From: Lama glama
Lineage: Eukaryota
Direction: 5' to 3'
Assembly (NCBI GenBank): GCA_028534125.1
Contig: CM052817.1
Span: 65,598,001-65,662,000 of the forward strand
DNA: 64,000 nt
Under the pieces are notes generated by a model. That model searched no databases, was not told the origin of the DNA, and saw nothing but the letters and a program-made list of their open reading frames with translations. The position numbers and the translations under genes are program-made. Each line of letters starts with the position of its first letter. Within the stretch, counting starts at the first letter, position 1. Positions 13,086-26,546 of the stretch are shown here, in pieces.

Positions 13086-14085
13086 CTGTTGTTATTGGAT
13101 TCCAGAAAAAAAAAGGTTTTCAAAACTCAAGAATCAGCTTCATTTTAAGTTTATAAAAAAATGTTGGAAGATTCTGATAATTCTGTAGATTAAATAATTG
13201 TCTACGGCTTCATTAGAGACCGAGATATACAACCTGAATTTGACTTTTCTAGGTTGGTTCCTTAGATCATTTTACCTTTTATGGTCAAATTCACCAGTGC
13301 TAAAAAGGAAATGATAACATGCACTTGTATCTTAGAATTTTAAATCTAGAACAGATGATAGTATAACTAACTACAATTTATTTATTTTATTGAAAAAGAA
13401 ACTGAGAAGTAGAAACCAAAGAAGTTTCTATGGTAGTGTGAATTAGAAACTAGCAACAAATTTCACTCCAGTTTATGTTTTTGTTGGAAGAATAATTATG
13501 CATAAATTGGAAATAATACATCTAGTACTAAGTCTGGTTTTTATTTTTATAGAAAACTCTCTGTCCACATTTAGAGTCTTCATTCAAAATGATATTTTGG
13601 TTTATATCAACATTTCTAGACTTATATAATCAACCTATTCTATATTGTATTTCTTATATTGAGCACCTGGAATGGATTATCTTTTAACATCATTCCCCTA
13701 TACAACAAGATTATTTTCAGTAATATTCATGAAATGAAATAAATTTCAAAATTTATTATAAGTCAAAGAAGAAGCATAGATATAAAAATGTTTCTTTATT
13801 GAACTTTGATATGCAACTATGCAAATGGAAACAAATGAATTAAATGTCATAATTTAAAAAAAACGAATTAATACTTTAAAGTGTATTTAATGCATTTATT
13901 AAAATAGAAAAATAATCCACAAATAGCATTTACAAAGAGAAAACTCTGCAACTTTCAGATAATAATTTGCAAATGGAATGACGAATTAAAGTAACTATAA
14001 AGTTCTGTACCCTTAACTATACAATCACTGGGATCACAATACTTAAATGTAGTGATTGGCAGAACAGAGACTGAATAATCCCACT

Positions 14086-14289
14086 CAGTGCTGTCCTGGT
14101 GTGGACTCGTGCTTGCACAATGGCTATTGTCAGCATCTCTTTCCAATTCCCTGCTCAGTGACATCACATTGGCAGCTTGAGATTAGTCGCGGAAGGTCTT
14201 GTAAATACCAAAGAAATAAGGAAGGGCAACAAGTCAAGTTTATTTCCTCAGAGATCCAACTGTTAAACAGTTACCGGTACAACACAGAT
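14086..14289 (+). mobile_element. hAT-Blackjack MITE, MER63-like
   Basis: Termini 'cagtgctgtcctgg' and 'gttaaacagttaccggtacaacacag'. Internal 'catctctttccaattccctgctcagtgacatcacattggcagcttgaga' matches the MER63 consensus as recalled. Confidence 0.75.
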
Positions 14290-14544
14290 CAGACTCTACT
14301 CAAAGTGAGTCCAGACTACTTCAAAAGTTTTAGGTTACTCTCAAAACAGTTTTCTGTGAGAAGTCCATAAAGTTGGGAGCAAGCTGTATAACTGGGGGGA
14401 TCTTTGAATTCATTTTCACAAAGAGAGTGACATAACTGAAGAAATTGTTTAAAATTGAGATGGACAAAAGATGATTTAGAATTGTTGGCACATGATTATA
14501 AAAAACAGATTGATTTCAACCTTGTTTTATTATTGGTTTAATTT

Positions 14545-15175
14545 TTATTTAAAAAATCAACTTCATTGACATATAATTTATTTGCATGTATGCAAAGTGC
14601 ATAATTCAGGGAATGCTAACAGTGGCACACACTGTGAATTATCACCTTCACCAATAAAATCACATTCCCCAAACCCCCAAAAGGTTCTTCTTGCCCCTCT
14701 GTGGTGGATAGCTCCCATAACTCCCAGCTGTAGACAGCAGCCAATATAGTTTTTGTCACTACAGATTCATTTGCATTTTCTAGAATTTTAAATAAATTGA
14801 ATTATATGCTATATATGCTTTTTTTGTCTAGTTTTTTTTCCCCATGGAACATAATGATTTTGAAACTTATTCAGTATGTTACATTTATCAGTAAGACAGT
14901 TCTTTTCATTGCCAGGTAGTTTTCCATTGAATGCATATGTTTGGTTATCCATCCACATATTGATGGACACTTAGATTATTTTTAGTTTCAAGGCCCTTGT
15001 CAGGATACATGTTTTCATTTCTTTGGGGTAAATTATTAGGATTGTAATATCTGAGTTTTACAATAGGTCTGTGTTAGACTCATTTTCTCTAAAGTGGTGG
15101 GGCCAGTTTACATGCCACTCAGCAGCGTGGGACAGTTTTAGTTGCATCTTATCCTCATCAGCCCTTGGTTGGCTG
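14545..15175 (-). mobile_element. Old L1 3' region (L1MC/L1ME-type)
   Basis: Antisense L1 3'UTR/ORF2 text ('gttcttttcattgccaggtagtttccattgaatg...ttatccatccacatattgatggacacttagattattt'). Confidence 0.8.
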
Positions 15176-16509
15176 GAACATTCATTCTCTCTCAGTAGCC
15201 AAAGTAAAATTCTCATAGACCTTACTGGAGCTGCCTGGATCACACAAATTTCCCAAAGCAACTCCTGGGCTTCCATCTGCCCAGGCCTGCACCATGCTGT
15301 AGCTGGAACGAGGGTCAACTTCACTATAAGCCATATGCTGAGAATTGGGAGGAAGTGGCTCCCAGAGGAAAACTGGGGCACTATTAGGGAAGGCTGAATG
15401 GATTCCAGGAGGCCAAAGATCAGCATAATTTGACTAATTTCATTATGTATAGAAAACTCTGCTAGAAATAAGTGTTTTAAATTTAGAAATGTACAGTTAA
15501 AGGAGACATTTATTTTTAGTTGGAATAATAGTGCAATGAAACACAGCAACTAATAAACATGCTCAGGACATTTAGTGAAGAAACTGATAGGCAGGTATTG
15601 GGGAAAGCGTATTAAGGCCATTCCATTTCTTTCTTTTCTTGTTTGAAATTCGTGGAAATCTGTCTGTAAGGCAACTGGGTATACTTGCTGAAGGCAGATG
15701 GTTGTGGTCTCTTGCTTGGTAGCATAGAAAGCTGGAGAAGGAGCTGCAGATGGCCTGGTGGGGGAGGCTTTAGAAATGCATGTGAGACCAATGCTAACTT
15801 TAGGGTTCCCAGAATTTATGCAAATCTAAAACTTTTGGAATTTTTGTTAACCTGACAACTGATAGCCCAGAACCTTTGAACATCACTGTTCTTATTCAAT
15901 AGCTCTATATAAAGGACAAAGAAGGGAAGGGAGATGGGTCTGTCAACTTTCCCATTTTTCAGATGCTTATTATGTTAAGTCAACTCTGTGGGTACAGAAT
16001 CTGAAGTTTGGTTGTCCCATTTTCACTCTTTACAAGCTGTGTGTGATTTCTGAAAGTTATTTAACTTAATGAGTAATTTTATTAAATAAACATTCTGTAC
16101 CTTACCACTTCCCGCCCCCCTTACCTTGCTCTTCTGACATTTTACGTACATACACTTTTAAACGTATAGATTTTTTACTGTCTTTTTCTCTCCATCCTCT
16201 TACTAAAGTGAAAATTTTATGAAGGAAGACTATTTTACTTATTCTCACTGTTGTATTCTTTTCACCAAGAAAACTTCCTGGCATGATATAGATACTTCAA
16301 AATATTTGTTGGATATTTTCTGCCTTTGTTTTGGATAGCCAGGGGAAAGTTAAAGATGAGAATAAGGATTTTGCCTAACTTACTTAGTGATATATCTGAG
16401 TGCCTGAAACAGTGTTCAGCAAATAGTAGATTCTTAATAACCATTTGTTGAATGAATTAGAAATATCCATTCTTTAATCCTTCTTTATGAAGGAGACAAG
16501 GTTAACTGT

Positions 16510-16542
16510 TATATAGGGATCTATATAGGGATCTATATAGGA
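16510..16542. repeat. Short tandem repeat (TATATAGGGATC) x~2.7
   Basis: Seen directly: tatatagggatc-tatatagggatc-tatatagga. Confidence 0.95.
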
Positions 16543-17339
16543 GTTAAGGTGATCTAAAGGAGATGCTGAAGATTTGTAATAATTATTGTGGGAGGTTACA
16601 AAAGTAGCCAATCAGAGACCCACAGAAGGATTTGCCAGCTGAAGAAACTCTGTATTTGTAGTCGTCACAGTCTACATGGTTATGTGATTTCCTCCAACAA
16701 GGCTTAGCTAGCAAGGACAAGGAAGCAGATGGTTCTGTCGACCTAACACCACCATCCTCTAAAATGATTGATCCCCTGTCTAATAAAAGCTGCTGTGATG
16801 TGTCATGGAATGTAGACTGGATAGGATGAAAAGTGACTTCTCCGGGGATGGAGAGACTAGGACAAAAGGCAAGAAGATGCAGTGGAATCAGAGAGAAAGA
16901 ATAGTGGGAGGAGAAAGAGACTGAAAATGTGATCCATTTTGTTGCAAAATATGATATTGGAATTTTTTATTTTAAAAGTATTTCCATTTCTAGATGGTAA
17001 GATTCAGCCTGAGACCAAGGTAAAATGTCAGCACAAAGTAGAATGATTTTGCTTGAGGTTCACACAGCATGGGGAACAAGCGGAGAAGGCCATGGAATAG
17101 AGAACTAGATTCTAGGTTGAGTTGTCAAGAGTTGGGCTGGAGATGTGGACTCTGAGTCATGTCCAGTATGTCCCACGGAGGTGAAAGTGACCGAGAAATC
17201 TATAAGTGATAGACTTTGAGAAGTAAATAGAAAGAGTGACAGGTGGAGTAGGATTAAGGGTAGTAAAGAGAGACGACTAAAGCAGAAGAAGAGAGTGGCC
17301 AGTTAATGGCATTAGGGAGCTAAGACAATGGAGTTGGAG

Positions 17340-17670
17340 TGGGAGGGACAAGTCAAACTGTGAAGCAAGATGACCAATTGCAGGCTACTGCAGTAGTATA
17401 GAGAGAGACGTTAGTTATTTGAATTAGGGCAGCAGACATGGAGGTGGTGAGGAATTGTCATTTCAGGGTCATTTTTTGAAAATAAAGTCAACAAAGTTGA
17501 CTGATGGAACTAGATGTACAACACGAAGCTCCTTGGTACTCGGTCTGAAATGCGGGATGAATGTTCATAATTAAGTAGGCAAGGCAAAGGGAGAAGTCAG
17601 TCTGAGAAAGAAAGAAGAGTTTTGTTTGGACTTTATAAATTGAAGAAACTTATTTGACAGCTATTCAAAC
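17340..17670 (-). mobile_element. L2 fragment
   Basis: Antisense L2 text 'gaagcaagatgaccaattgcaggctactgcagtagtatagagagagacgttagttatttgaattaggg'. Confidence 0.7.
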
Positions 17671-17785
17671 GTTCACAGAAGTGCTGGGAACTGTCAACTG
17701 CTATCATGTGTACCATGTTGTGTTATATTGTCTTATTGATCCAGTGGGGTAGATACTAATATTATTCTAACTTAACAAGTGAGAC

Positions 17786-17850
17786 TCACAATATTGTAAA
17801 ATTATTATAAATCAATTAAAAATGTTAAAATAAATAAGTAATTAAAAAAA
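17786..17850 (+). mobile_element. 65-bp L1 3'-terminal insertion with 12-bp TSD, inside a MIR
   Basis: Insert resembles the young L1 terminus at ~4480-4520. TSD aacaagtgagac at 17774-17785 and 17851-17862. Confidence 0.92.
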
Positions 17851-17984
17851 AACAAGTGAGACAGAGAATTAGAGGAATAATGTCAAAGTCATATAGCTAG
17901 AAAGCCTCAAAGGGAGTAACTGAACCAAGGCTGACTACAGAGCACTAACTCCCAGTCACTAGCCATACAACCAAAACCCTCCGA

Positions 17985-18480
17985 CAGAGTGGATCCAGGT
18001 TACCTGGTATCTAAAGAACATGCAATTTGGGGAGTCTTCTGTAAGAAACAGAATGCAAATTGACAGCTACAAAATTAGATTTGGAAGTAAATATTTAGGA
18101 TGAGAAAAAGAATTGTAACAACTTTTATGCTTTAACATCTGTGCAATCCCACTGGCATCATAAAATCTAGAAAATTAACATAATTCTTCAAGGTTAACAA
18201 GTGAACACATTTCTATGATTTTTTCCTATATTTTTTGTCTGCAAAAAAAAAACTTTGAATCTTTGATTCTATCTTTCTACAACAACGATTTCATAATGCC
18301 ATTTTCTATAGAAAAAATTGAAAGGTAAATTCGTTGTGCATCTTTTATGATTAAAATCGATCAATTTTTAATTATTGATAGTTTTTAAAAATTTCTTTCA
18401 GATTCATAACTTAGTAACACTGTGTAAATGTGCAGGGTTGTTTGGGAATTTATTTGGGAAATCTAGGAAAATATTCAAGT
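17985..18480 (+). mobile_element. hAT-Tip100 DNA transposon end (Zaphod/MER115-like)
   Basis: Starts 'cagagtggatccagg...caatttggggagtcttctgtaagaaacagaatgcaaa...caaaattagatttggaagtaaatatttaggatgagaaaaagaa', matching a recalled Zaphod terminus. The right boundary is uncertain. Confidence 0.6.
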
Positions 18481-19872
18481 TGGCAATAGCAGATAACCAA
18501 GTAACATGTTGTTAGAGCTTCTTCCTAGGCCTTTCAAAGTGTCCATGCATGTGATTCCACCTATGGCACTAGTTTCTTTCCAGCCAACTGGGGAAAGGAG
18601 GGACCGAGCAGGGAAGCCTGTACTTTGTGTGGTGTAACCTGAGAGTTACCCTTCCAGAGTGGTCAGAGAGGGGATTGGCTGCTTCCTCAGAAACTCACCC
18701 GCCTGGTAGAATTATCAAGTGAGAGCCAGGGGGTGAAAAAGGAGAAGCCTGGAGAAAATGATCCTTGCTTAAAATTCCTCAACAATCATTTTTTAAAAAT
18801 ATTAAAATTGACATTACTTTTACTTTTTCTATTTCTCTCCCCCACCACCCAGCCATGAACCAATAAAAATAACTTACTAAATATTTATCTTGCTAAAACT
18901 TTCTATTATTTTTAAGTATTTCCTGTTTGAATGCTGAGTGTAAATAGAAATGATACATATTCTCTTTATAATTAACTAATCAATACTAGAAGACCCTGCC
19001 ACGATTATACTGCTTTGAACACTCTGTCATAAAACTGTGATCAAACTTGAATTGTGCATGGTTTCCTTTCTTCATTCAGTTAATTTTTCTCTGCCTGAAA
19101 TAAGGAAATATCCAGGACCCTTTCTGCTATGGTGTAGTAGCTGTGAAATGAGAATAAGGTGGTTTACTTTTTTATATCCTTGAGCCTGAAAGGTAGATGA
19201 GGACTGGAATAATCATTACAAAAGAGTGACTGTTTGTCAGGTTTGGAAAAATATAAGGAACTTAAAGAAAAAGAAATAGCATGAGGTTTTTTTTAAAAGC
19301 CAGGAAATTGGTATAAAAATGGTCTCTACGATGTTAGGAATCCCATGAAATCCACTTTTCTTTCCATATGGTTGGTAAGCTGAAAGGTATCATGGGGGCA
19401 CATTGATTCAATTTACCATGCTTAATGGAATTTCTGAATTCAGTGTAACTAGATGGCCAAGTCCCCCCAGCCCAGGGCTCCATGTCATTCTTTAATTGGT
19501 ATTTCAGAGTGCCCAGACTCAATGCTCCCACTTGCTCAAGTCAGCAGGAGGCCCAGTCTATGTCAACAAGTCCCATGGGTACCTACTGTCCTAGCTGCTT
19601 GGCTATGGATCCTAAATTCCATCTCGTCCTAGAGCTCTCAGGAGTCTTCACTGTGGCCGTTCCCAAAGCCATCAGCCTACAGAGGAACTTCCTCTGTCCC
19701 AAGAGCAGGAAGTCACTGAGTCCACAGGAGTTGGGCCCACTGTGTCCCTTGCTGCATCTGAGCATCTTCTATGATCCCAGAGCTGCCCGTTCATCCTGGA
19801 CTAAAAGGGTGGTAGGAAAGCAAAAGGATCTCTGAACTAGGTCTCTGGAATCACGAAGTGCAGGCCCACATG

Positions 19873-20166
19873 CAGGGGCACTGACAGGTTTGTGTGGGCA
19901 CTAAATCTTATATAATTTAAGAGCCATCTTTCATAAAAAGTTATGTTTTAGATGCAAAATTAGGTACACAGGTAAATACGTATTTAGAACATGGAAATAT
20001 CTCATAACATGTTGCAGAATCTTTAGGATTCAGGTCCCTTTCTTTTAAGATTTACTTCAGGCAATTTGCCAGAAACTTTTCATACAAATGGTCCCTGAGT
20101 ACAGTCTGAATAAAGGAGAGTCCCTGAAAGGGAAGCTCTGTCGGCTTCATGATAAATTCACCTCTG
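19873..20166 (+). mobile_element. hAT-Tip100-type MITE
   Basis: Left end 'caggggcactgacagg...caaaattaggtacacaggtaaatacgtatttagaa' is related to the element at 17985. Right end 'ggcttcatgataaattcacctctg' is TIR-like. Confidence 0.55.
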
Positions 20167-23064
20167 CCTGCGTTGATGGTGTCACCTCTGGGTGCACTGC
20201 TGTTTACCTGAGGCTTTGCCAGGACCAGTTGGCCCTGAGAGTCTGGATGCTTCATGTGTAGCCATCACTGAGGCTGTCTCCACCTGTTGGAGCCTGGGTT
20301 GCACTCAGAGAATTGGCCCAATTAGATCACCATCTCCTTTTCCTCACTTCCTTGCCAGGGCCCGTCCTACCAGTTATGCCCAGGCTACAAGTGGTTTGAG
20401 ATGTAAAAGAGCATATGACTTCCTTTTGTCTTTATTTAGTGAAGGTGCCCCTTGACAAAAGGAGCAGCTCTACTACCAGAGGCCACATTAATTTTATTCA
20501 ATTGTATTTATATTTCCTATTTTTAGTAAAGGATGTACAATGAAGAGTTCTCCCAACCCCAACACCCATCTCCTCCTGCTAGGCAGTTCTCCTCAGTACT
20601 GTTCATTGGGTAGCATTACAGAAATGTAAATATAATATGCTGCAAATATAAATAAACGGGAGTTGTGTGTGTGTTGATGTTAAGCTCTTCCATTCTTTTA
20701 TGCAAAGTACTAGAGTAGTTTATTCTCTGTTATTACAATTTGTTAGATTTCTCTGGTGAAAAGATCCGGGTACAATCTTCATAGGAGAGTTGGACAGGAA
20801 GGAAGATCTCTCATACCTTTCTCTGTTGCTTTCATAGTGACATCTTGTCTCATATTGGGCGGAGCGCCCTCTTTCCTTTTGTTAGCATCCACCTGGCATA
20901 ACTTCCCTCTTTTGTTTTAGCACAGTCTTTTGCTTTGTAAACCAAATATTTTGTGTGTGTGTGTGCTCCTGTGTGAGTTTAATCTAATTACATTTATTGA
21001 TATGAGTGATTTTATTCTATTATATTAGTTTAGTTTTTTTCTTTTCATAGCTTTAGAAATACTTTGTAGGCTCCCTGGAAATCCAATGGTGGCAATATGG
21101 GTTCAGTGTTCCTCTATGCTGGGTATATTTACCTTTGTGCTGTTAAATGTATTCAGCATCTTTACTCTTTAGTTTCTTAAAGAAGAAATTAGAATATTTA
21201 CTCTTCTAATTTTGGTTAATTTTCGAATTACTGCAGATTATATTATTTATATTTTAACCTGATCTCATAATCTTAACATTTGTTTCAGTCTTTGTTTTAC
21301 CCTTAAATAGATGATTTCACCACAGATTTCTTTGCAGTGACTTTTTCAGTCATTTCTCTGTTGGCTGGCTCTTGCTCACAGTTAGATTCCTCAAGAACAG
21401 ATGGGAACAACCCCCTTGCATTCTTGCACTTGGTATCTCTCCTAAATATGGAGGTTGGACTAGTCTTTTATTTCAGAAAAGTCTTAATAAATTATATTTT
21501 TAAGTACTTGTGCTGTCTCCTTTTATTTTAAGTTATTGTCTAATTCCTAGTATGGTATCCTGGGTCTCCTTGGCTCAGCTTCCATACCTATGAAGATGTA
21601 ATAGGCTACCCTTAGGTGTTTTTTTAAGTTTTTTTTTTCTTTTGCTCTTTATGAAGAAAAGACACTAAAAAGGAAGTCTGACCATGAGAAGCAAATAAAT
21701 CTTTCCTCAATACTGAGGCCTCAGTTGTGGTCAGACATCATCATGTCATTTAACAAATGACCTTCTCCAGGTCTCATTCAAAATTACACTGGGCTATGCA
21801 GAGCCGGCGGTCCCAGACTGTTGAGAGCATTATAGGTCCCGTTTCTGGTGGAGCTTGGAGCAGAGTCTCAGGCCACTATATTGAGTGGCAACATGGTTAG
21901 AGGAAACCTTGAAGCCTTCTCCCCAAAGTATGTCATTCACCCAAAACACAGTGATATTTACTCTGTAGATTTTGAGTTGTAATTCTTTAAAACTTTACTT
22001 ATATACTATCCCACCTCCTTATAAAACTTTCTGAAACATCTGAAGATGTTTAATGTTATTTTAAGAGACAATCTCTAAAAGAACAGGAATCAGATTCTCT
22101 ACAAGCATAAATGACACTTTTGTGGCAGATATCTGGCAGTGAGGAGGAGTGGACAAGACTGTCCCTGAAGGAAAGGGCCGTAAGAATTTCAGGCATCAGT
22201 GTAAATGATTTATTACCAGAAGGTACAGGTTTTATACCAAAGAAATAATCATGTTGTCCAGTAAGTCCCTAATGTTACTGGTTCAGACCAGGTTCAGAGC
22301 GACTGCAGGGGCAGCTGACTCGGCCCTGTGCTGGATTCCCTGTTCTTTGGTTCTTTGAGTGCCCATATGAATTCTTGCCGTAAACAGAAAGAGCCTTGCT
22401 AGTGACAGTCTGTAACTGTCAGGCACAGAGACAGAACAGGGGTTCCAGCTCCAAGGTCTGCATGATAAAAGAAGGAAAAGAATCCAAGGGAAGTGTGTAG
22501 AGCCTGTAAAAGGTGCCAAAACATACCTCTGATTTAATTCTTCAGCTGCTCAGTGAGTTACGTATCTGCTGTTCTATAGATATCACACATATTTTCCTGT
22601 TTTCAGTGTTTCCTCTTTCCACTTTCTGTCAGAGATAGAGGAGCATGAAATATTTCTCCCTGCAAATACTGCAATCAATTTTGTCGGTAAGCACAGATCT
22701 TAAAATAAAACCATCTTGACCCTCTCATAAAAGAAGGTATTTTCAATCGCTTGCTGATAGCTTGGAAGTACACATCATTTTTCAAACTCACATCCCAAGT
22801 AATTTGTCATGTGTTTGGACATTTCATTATCAGTGATATTTTACTATCTATCCATCTCTGCTCTTTTAAGCACCTGTTTTTAACATTAAGACAATAGACT
22901 TCATCCAGCCAATAAAAGAACATTCCAGTATGGGTGATTATGAACGTATACTTGGATGTCACACAACTTGGTTCAAATGGGCAATTTGCTCAGTTCCTTC
23001 CAAGCCTTGAAAATAGGGATCATGTCCGTATTCACCTCACGGGGTTGTGATGAGGATAAAATTC

Positions 23065-23330
23065 ATTCATATTTTTGAAAACATTTACTGAGCACCTGCT
23101 ATGATAAGTGCTATGGTGAAAAAGAACACAAGCTAAGGGGACAGGGAATGAGAGGGCGCTGCTCTAGGTGCAGAGTTCAGAGAAAGCTGCTCCGGAAGGT
23201 TGTATTTGAGCAGAGATCTGAATGAAGTGGGAAAACAAGCCGTGCAAACACTGGGGAAGAGAGTTTCCAGGCAGAGGAAAGAGCAATTACAAGGTCCTGT
23301 GCTGGAAATACTGCCATGTTGGGGAAGCTG
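23065..23330 (-). mobile_element. L2 3' fragment (preceded by a MIR at ~22950-23065)
   Basis: 'aaacatttactgagcacctgctatg...gagcagagatctgaatgaagtggg...ggggaagagagtttccaggcagaggaaagagc'. Confidence 0.8.
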
Positions 23331-24149
23331 GGTGAACTGTGGTATCATTAATGAGATCACGACATGCTCTGTTCAGTGCCTGAGGCCTAGAAAGTCCTTC
23401 ATAAATATTAGCCAGTCTGCTTAGTATCTGGATCTCAGAAACAGGAATATTTCCCCTTTCTACTATTTTGTTTAACATAAGAGGAGATAATTATGCCAAC
23501 CATGGCACAGAGACTCTCTGTTCTTTAAGCAAGCAGGCTCTCTGCTGTGAAAAGAAGTCAGCTGAATGGTTCCTCTTTGGGGCAAAGTAAAAGAGCGACG
23601 ATTGCTGACTCACCTCCCCTGGAAGTACCGCAGGACAGCGCTGTGCCTTTCTGTGCTTGGGGCGTTCAGATCAATGTCCATAAGAAGACCAAGTGGGGGG
23701 TGGGGGGTGGGGGGGTTCTAGAGCATCCAGGCAGTGAAGTCACAGGCTTCAGGAAGCGTGTACTGCGGAAGGTGCTTCTCATGATCCGAAGTAGGTATTT
23801 ATTACGTGAGGAACAGTTATGGTAGAAAATGTATTTATATTGAAATAGTTTTTATTGTAGATATTCATAATATTTATTGTAGAAAGTTAAGGTAGAGACA
23901 TAAAAAAGGAAGAGAAAAGGATGAGGGAAAGTGGAGGAAAAGGAAGAAGAAATCATCTATTAAGTTCCAGTCAAGCCTAAAAGTACTGCTCACGTTTAAT
24001 TTATTATTTTTTGTGCACAGACTCAATGAAAATATGCTGATTTTTTAAATGGTATCTCCGGTAACCTACTATTTTCACTCAACATCTGATCTTTACCATC
24101 TTTTCATGACCATAAATATATCTGAGCACATCTTTTTTATGGGCTGGCG

Positions 24150-24302
24150 GCCACAGACACCCTTCACAGATATCTAACTTCTTAGAAATACTGGTCCCAA
24201 CCCAGACCTCTTGAATCAGAAGCTCTAAGGATATGGCCCAGAAATTTGCTTCAGCAAGACCTTCTGGTGATTCTGATGCACACTCAAATGAGAGAACTAC
24301 TG
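24150..24302. mobile_element. MER5-like hAT-Charlie MITE
   Basis: 'cccaacccagacctcttgaatcagaagctctaagg...tggtgattctgatgcacactcaaatgagagaactactg'. Confidence 0.8.
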
Positions 24303-24472
24303 AAAGGGAGAGAACGTGACAGTTGAATGCTGTTACTACCAGTAATTAGACCTGTGACTTCCCACCATTTACATCCTCTGAGCGTCAGTTTTCTCAGTCA
24401 CAGAAAATTAAAAACAGAAGAAATTAACAAACATCATATTTATAATCGTAGAATTTTTATAAAGATTAAATG

Positions 24473-24803
24473 TCATATGTGGAATCTAAAAAAAAAGAAA
24501 AAAGAAGACACTAATGAACTCATCTACAAAACAGAAACAGACACACAGACAAGAGTAAACAAACTTATGGTTACTGGGGGGAAAAGGGGTAGAAAGAGAT
24601 AAATTCAGAGCTTGAGATTTGCAAATACTAACTACTATATATAAAATAGATTAAAAAATTTCTTCCATATAGCATGCGGAATTATATTCAGTATCTAATA
24701 GTAACCTACAATGAAAAAGAATATATGTATGTATATGTATGACTGAAACATTATGCTGAACACCAGAAACTGACACATTATAAACTGACTGTACTTCATT
24801 AAA
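24473..24803 (+). mobile_element. L1 3'UTR insertion (intermediate age) splitting a MIR
   Basis: Similar to the 3' end of the 43124-47960 L1. Degenerate TSD aaagattaaatg (24461-24472) / aaaaattgaatg (24804-24815). MIR sequence continues across the site. Confidence 0.9.
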
Positions 24804-25355
24804 AAAAATTGAATGACAATCTATGTGAAAGCAAATGGCAGTGCCTGGCACATGACATAAACATTGATTCCAGGATCATTTAAGAATGTAGTATGTGACA
24901 GGCACTGAAAGACAAAGTGAAGAAGGTAAATATTTTCTTGGCCTTCATTTAGCAAAAGAAGAACAGTATTTTTTTAATCAATTAAATGTTACATTTGCCT
25001 TGATAACATGTAATTGGGACCCAAGGTAGAGGTTAACTCTATTTGAGAAGGACAGAGAGCAAAGACTTCATAGGCTCAAAGACTGGGAGCCACAGAGAGT
25101 CCAGGGCCAAGTTAAGCCTTGGGAGTGTGAAAAATCATGGCTTGTGGACGCAGCGAGAAGAGGTCCCTATAGACACATGAATGACATATGAATGAGACAA
25201 CAGAATTTTCTGCCATATTGATGTTCACTATGAGAGGAAGAGAGAAGTCAAAGAGGAAGCCACAGGTAATTAGAAGGAACAAGATTTAAGAGGAAAAGAT
25301 AAGGTGAAAAACAAGCAAGATCATGGAGGTCTTGAATGTTCTTTACATTCAGGAA

Positions 25356-25538
25356 ATTTTCCACGTTAGAAGACATTTACCACTTTCTGTAGCTTTTTCC
25401 CAAACATGAAGTCAATCTTAGAATAAAGGAAAGTCAGCTTAGGCATCACAATGCTCAGTTTCAAAATAATTAAATTGCATACACACAGTCACACTCGAGG
25501 AAAGCTGGGACGTCAGCTTCTGATTTGCCACCAAACAA
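25356..25538 (+). repeat. 183-bp direct repeat, copy 1
   Basis: Ungapped match to 26364-26546 with about 7 substitutions counted by eye. Confidence 0.97.
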
Positions 25539-26363
25539 TGTCAGTTTCTCTCATTTTCTTTAACATTTCTTTGTCCTGGTGAAAACCACACTTTAAAGAT
25601 AATACTGATGGAGGTAAAGAAATCACAGAAAGGCTTATTATCACAATTTGCCCAAGCGGAAAGGTAGAGTGGCCTCAGGGATCGTCTATCCGTGGTTTTC
25701 CTTCTCTCCTCCCTCCACTGACTGCCTGAGTCACTGGCAAGCGATCAGCTTTGGGGAGAGGAAGATGGGGTGACAGGGGAGGAAAGGAGGAAAGAAGGAA
25801 GAAAGGAGAGAAAGTGGGAAAGGACTAGGAGGAGTTCCTCGGGGATCTGCCACATGTAGGGTCAGGCAGTTCGTAGCAGACTTTTAGATACAGCGAAGTA
25901 AATCATTTACTGCCTTTGGATTTCTTTGGCTCCTTTGTGGCACATTATTTATGACTGAGCTCTTTGTACATAGTTATTTTTAATGACTTTGTTCCCAAAC
26001 TAAGCCCTGGGTACCATTGTGCCAGCACAGCCCCTGTGAAAATTGACCACTTTGTTCTGTTTATAAAGAACTATAGATTTACAAATGCCAAAAATAAAAC
26101 CCACAGTGTCCATAAAGTAGATGCGCCTGGTCCTCTGTTACCTTATTCTACATTTAAATTGCTTCCCCAGCCACAGCCATAATCATGGTTTACCACTTTG
26201 CCCAAAGATAGACGCCTGAGGGCTCACACTCGTCTAACTCAGTGACAGGCAGTAGCTGGAGCCCCCACTGCTCCTGTCCTCCGCTCGGTGAGAACGCGAG
26301 AAATGATTATGTTTTATGTAAATATTATGGATGTGTACTCCATCTCTGTACCTAGAGTTTGAC

Positions 26364-26546
26364 ATTTTCCACGTTAGAAGACATTTACCACTTTCTGTCG
26401 CTTTTTCCCAAACATGAAGTCAATCTTAGGATAAAGGAAAGTCAGCTTAGGCATCTTAACGCTCAGTTTCAAAATAATTAAATTGCACACACACAGTCAC
26501 ACTCGAGGAAAGCTGGGACGTCAGCTTCTAATTTGCCACCAAACAA
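26364..26546 (+). repeat. 183-bp direct repeat, copy 2
   Basis: Ungapped match to 25356-25538, bounded by ACATT at 26362-26366 and 26547-26551. Confidence 0.97.

Noticed and set aside
15058..15549. 163-aa minus-strand ORF
   Set aside because: Overlaps L1 and LTR-like remnants, starts at a non-ATG codon, and has no recognisable domain.
18693..18748. Minus-strand donor CGG|GTGAGT with a nearby acceptor
   Set aside because: Would give a ~50-nt exon that is itself pyrimidine-tract-like, in probable repeat-derived sequence. Within chance expectation.
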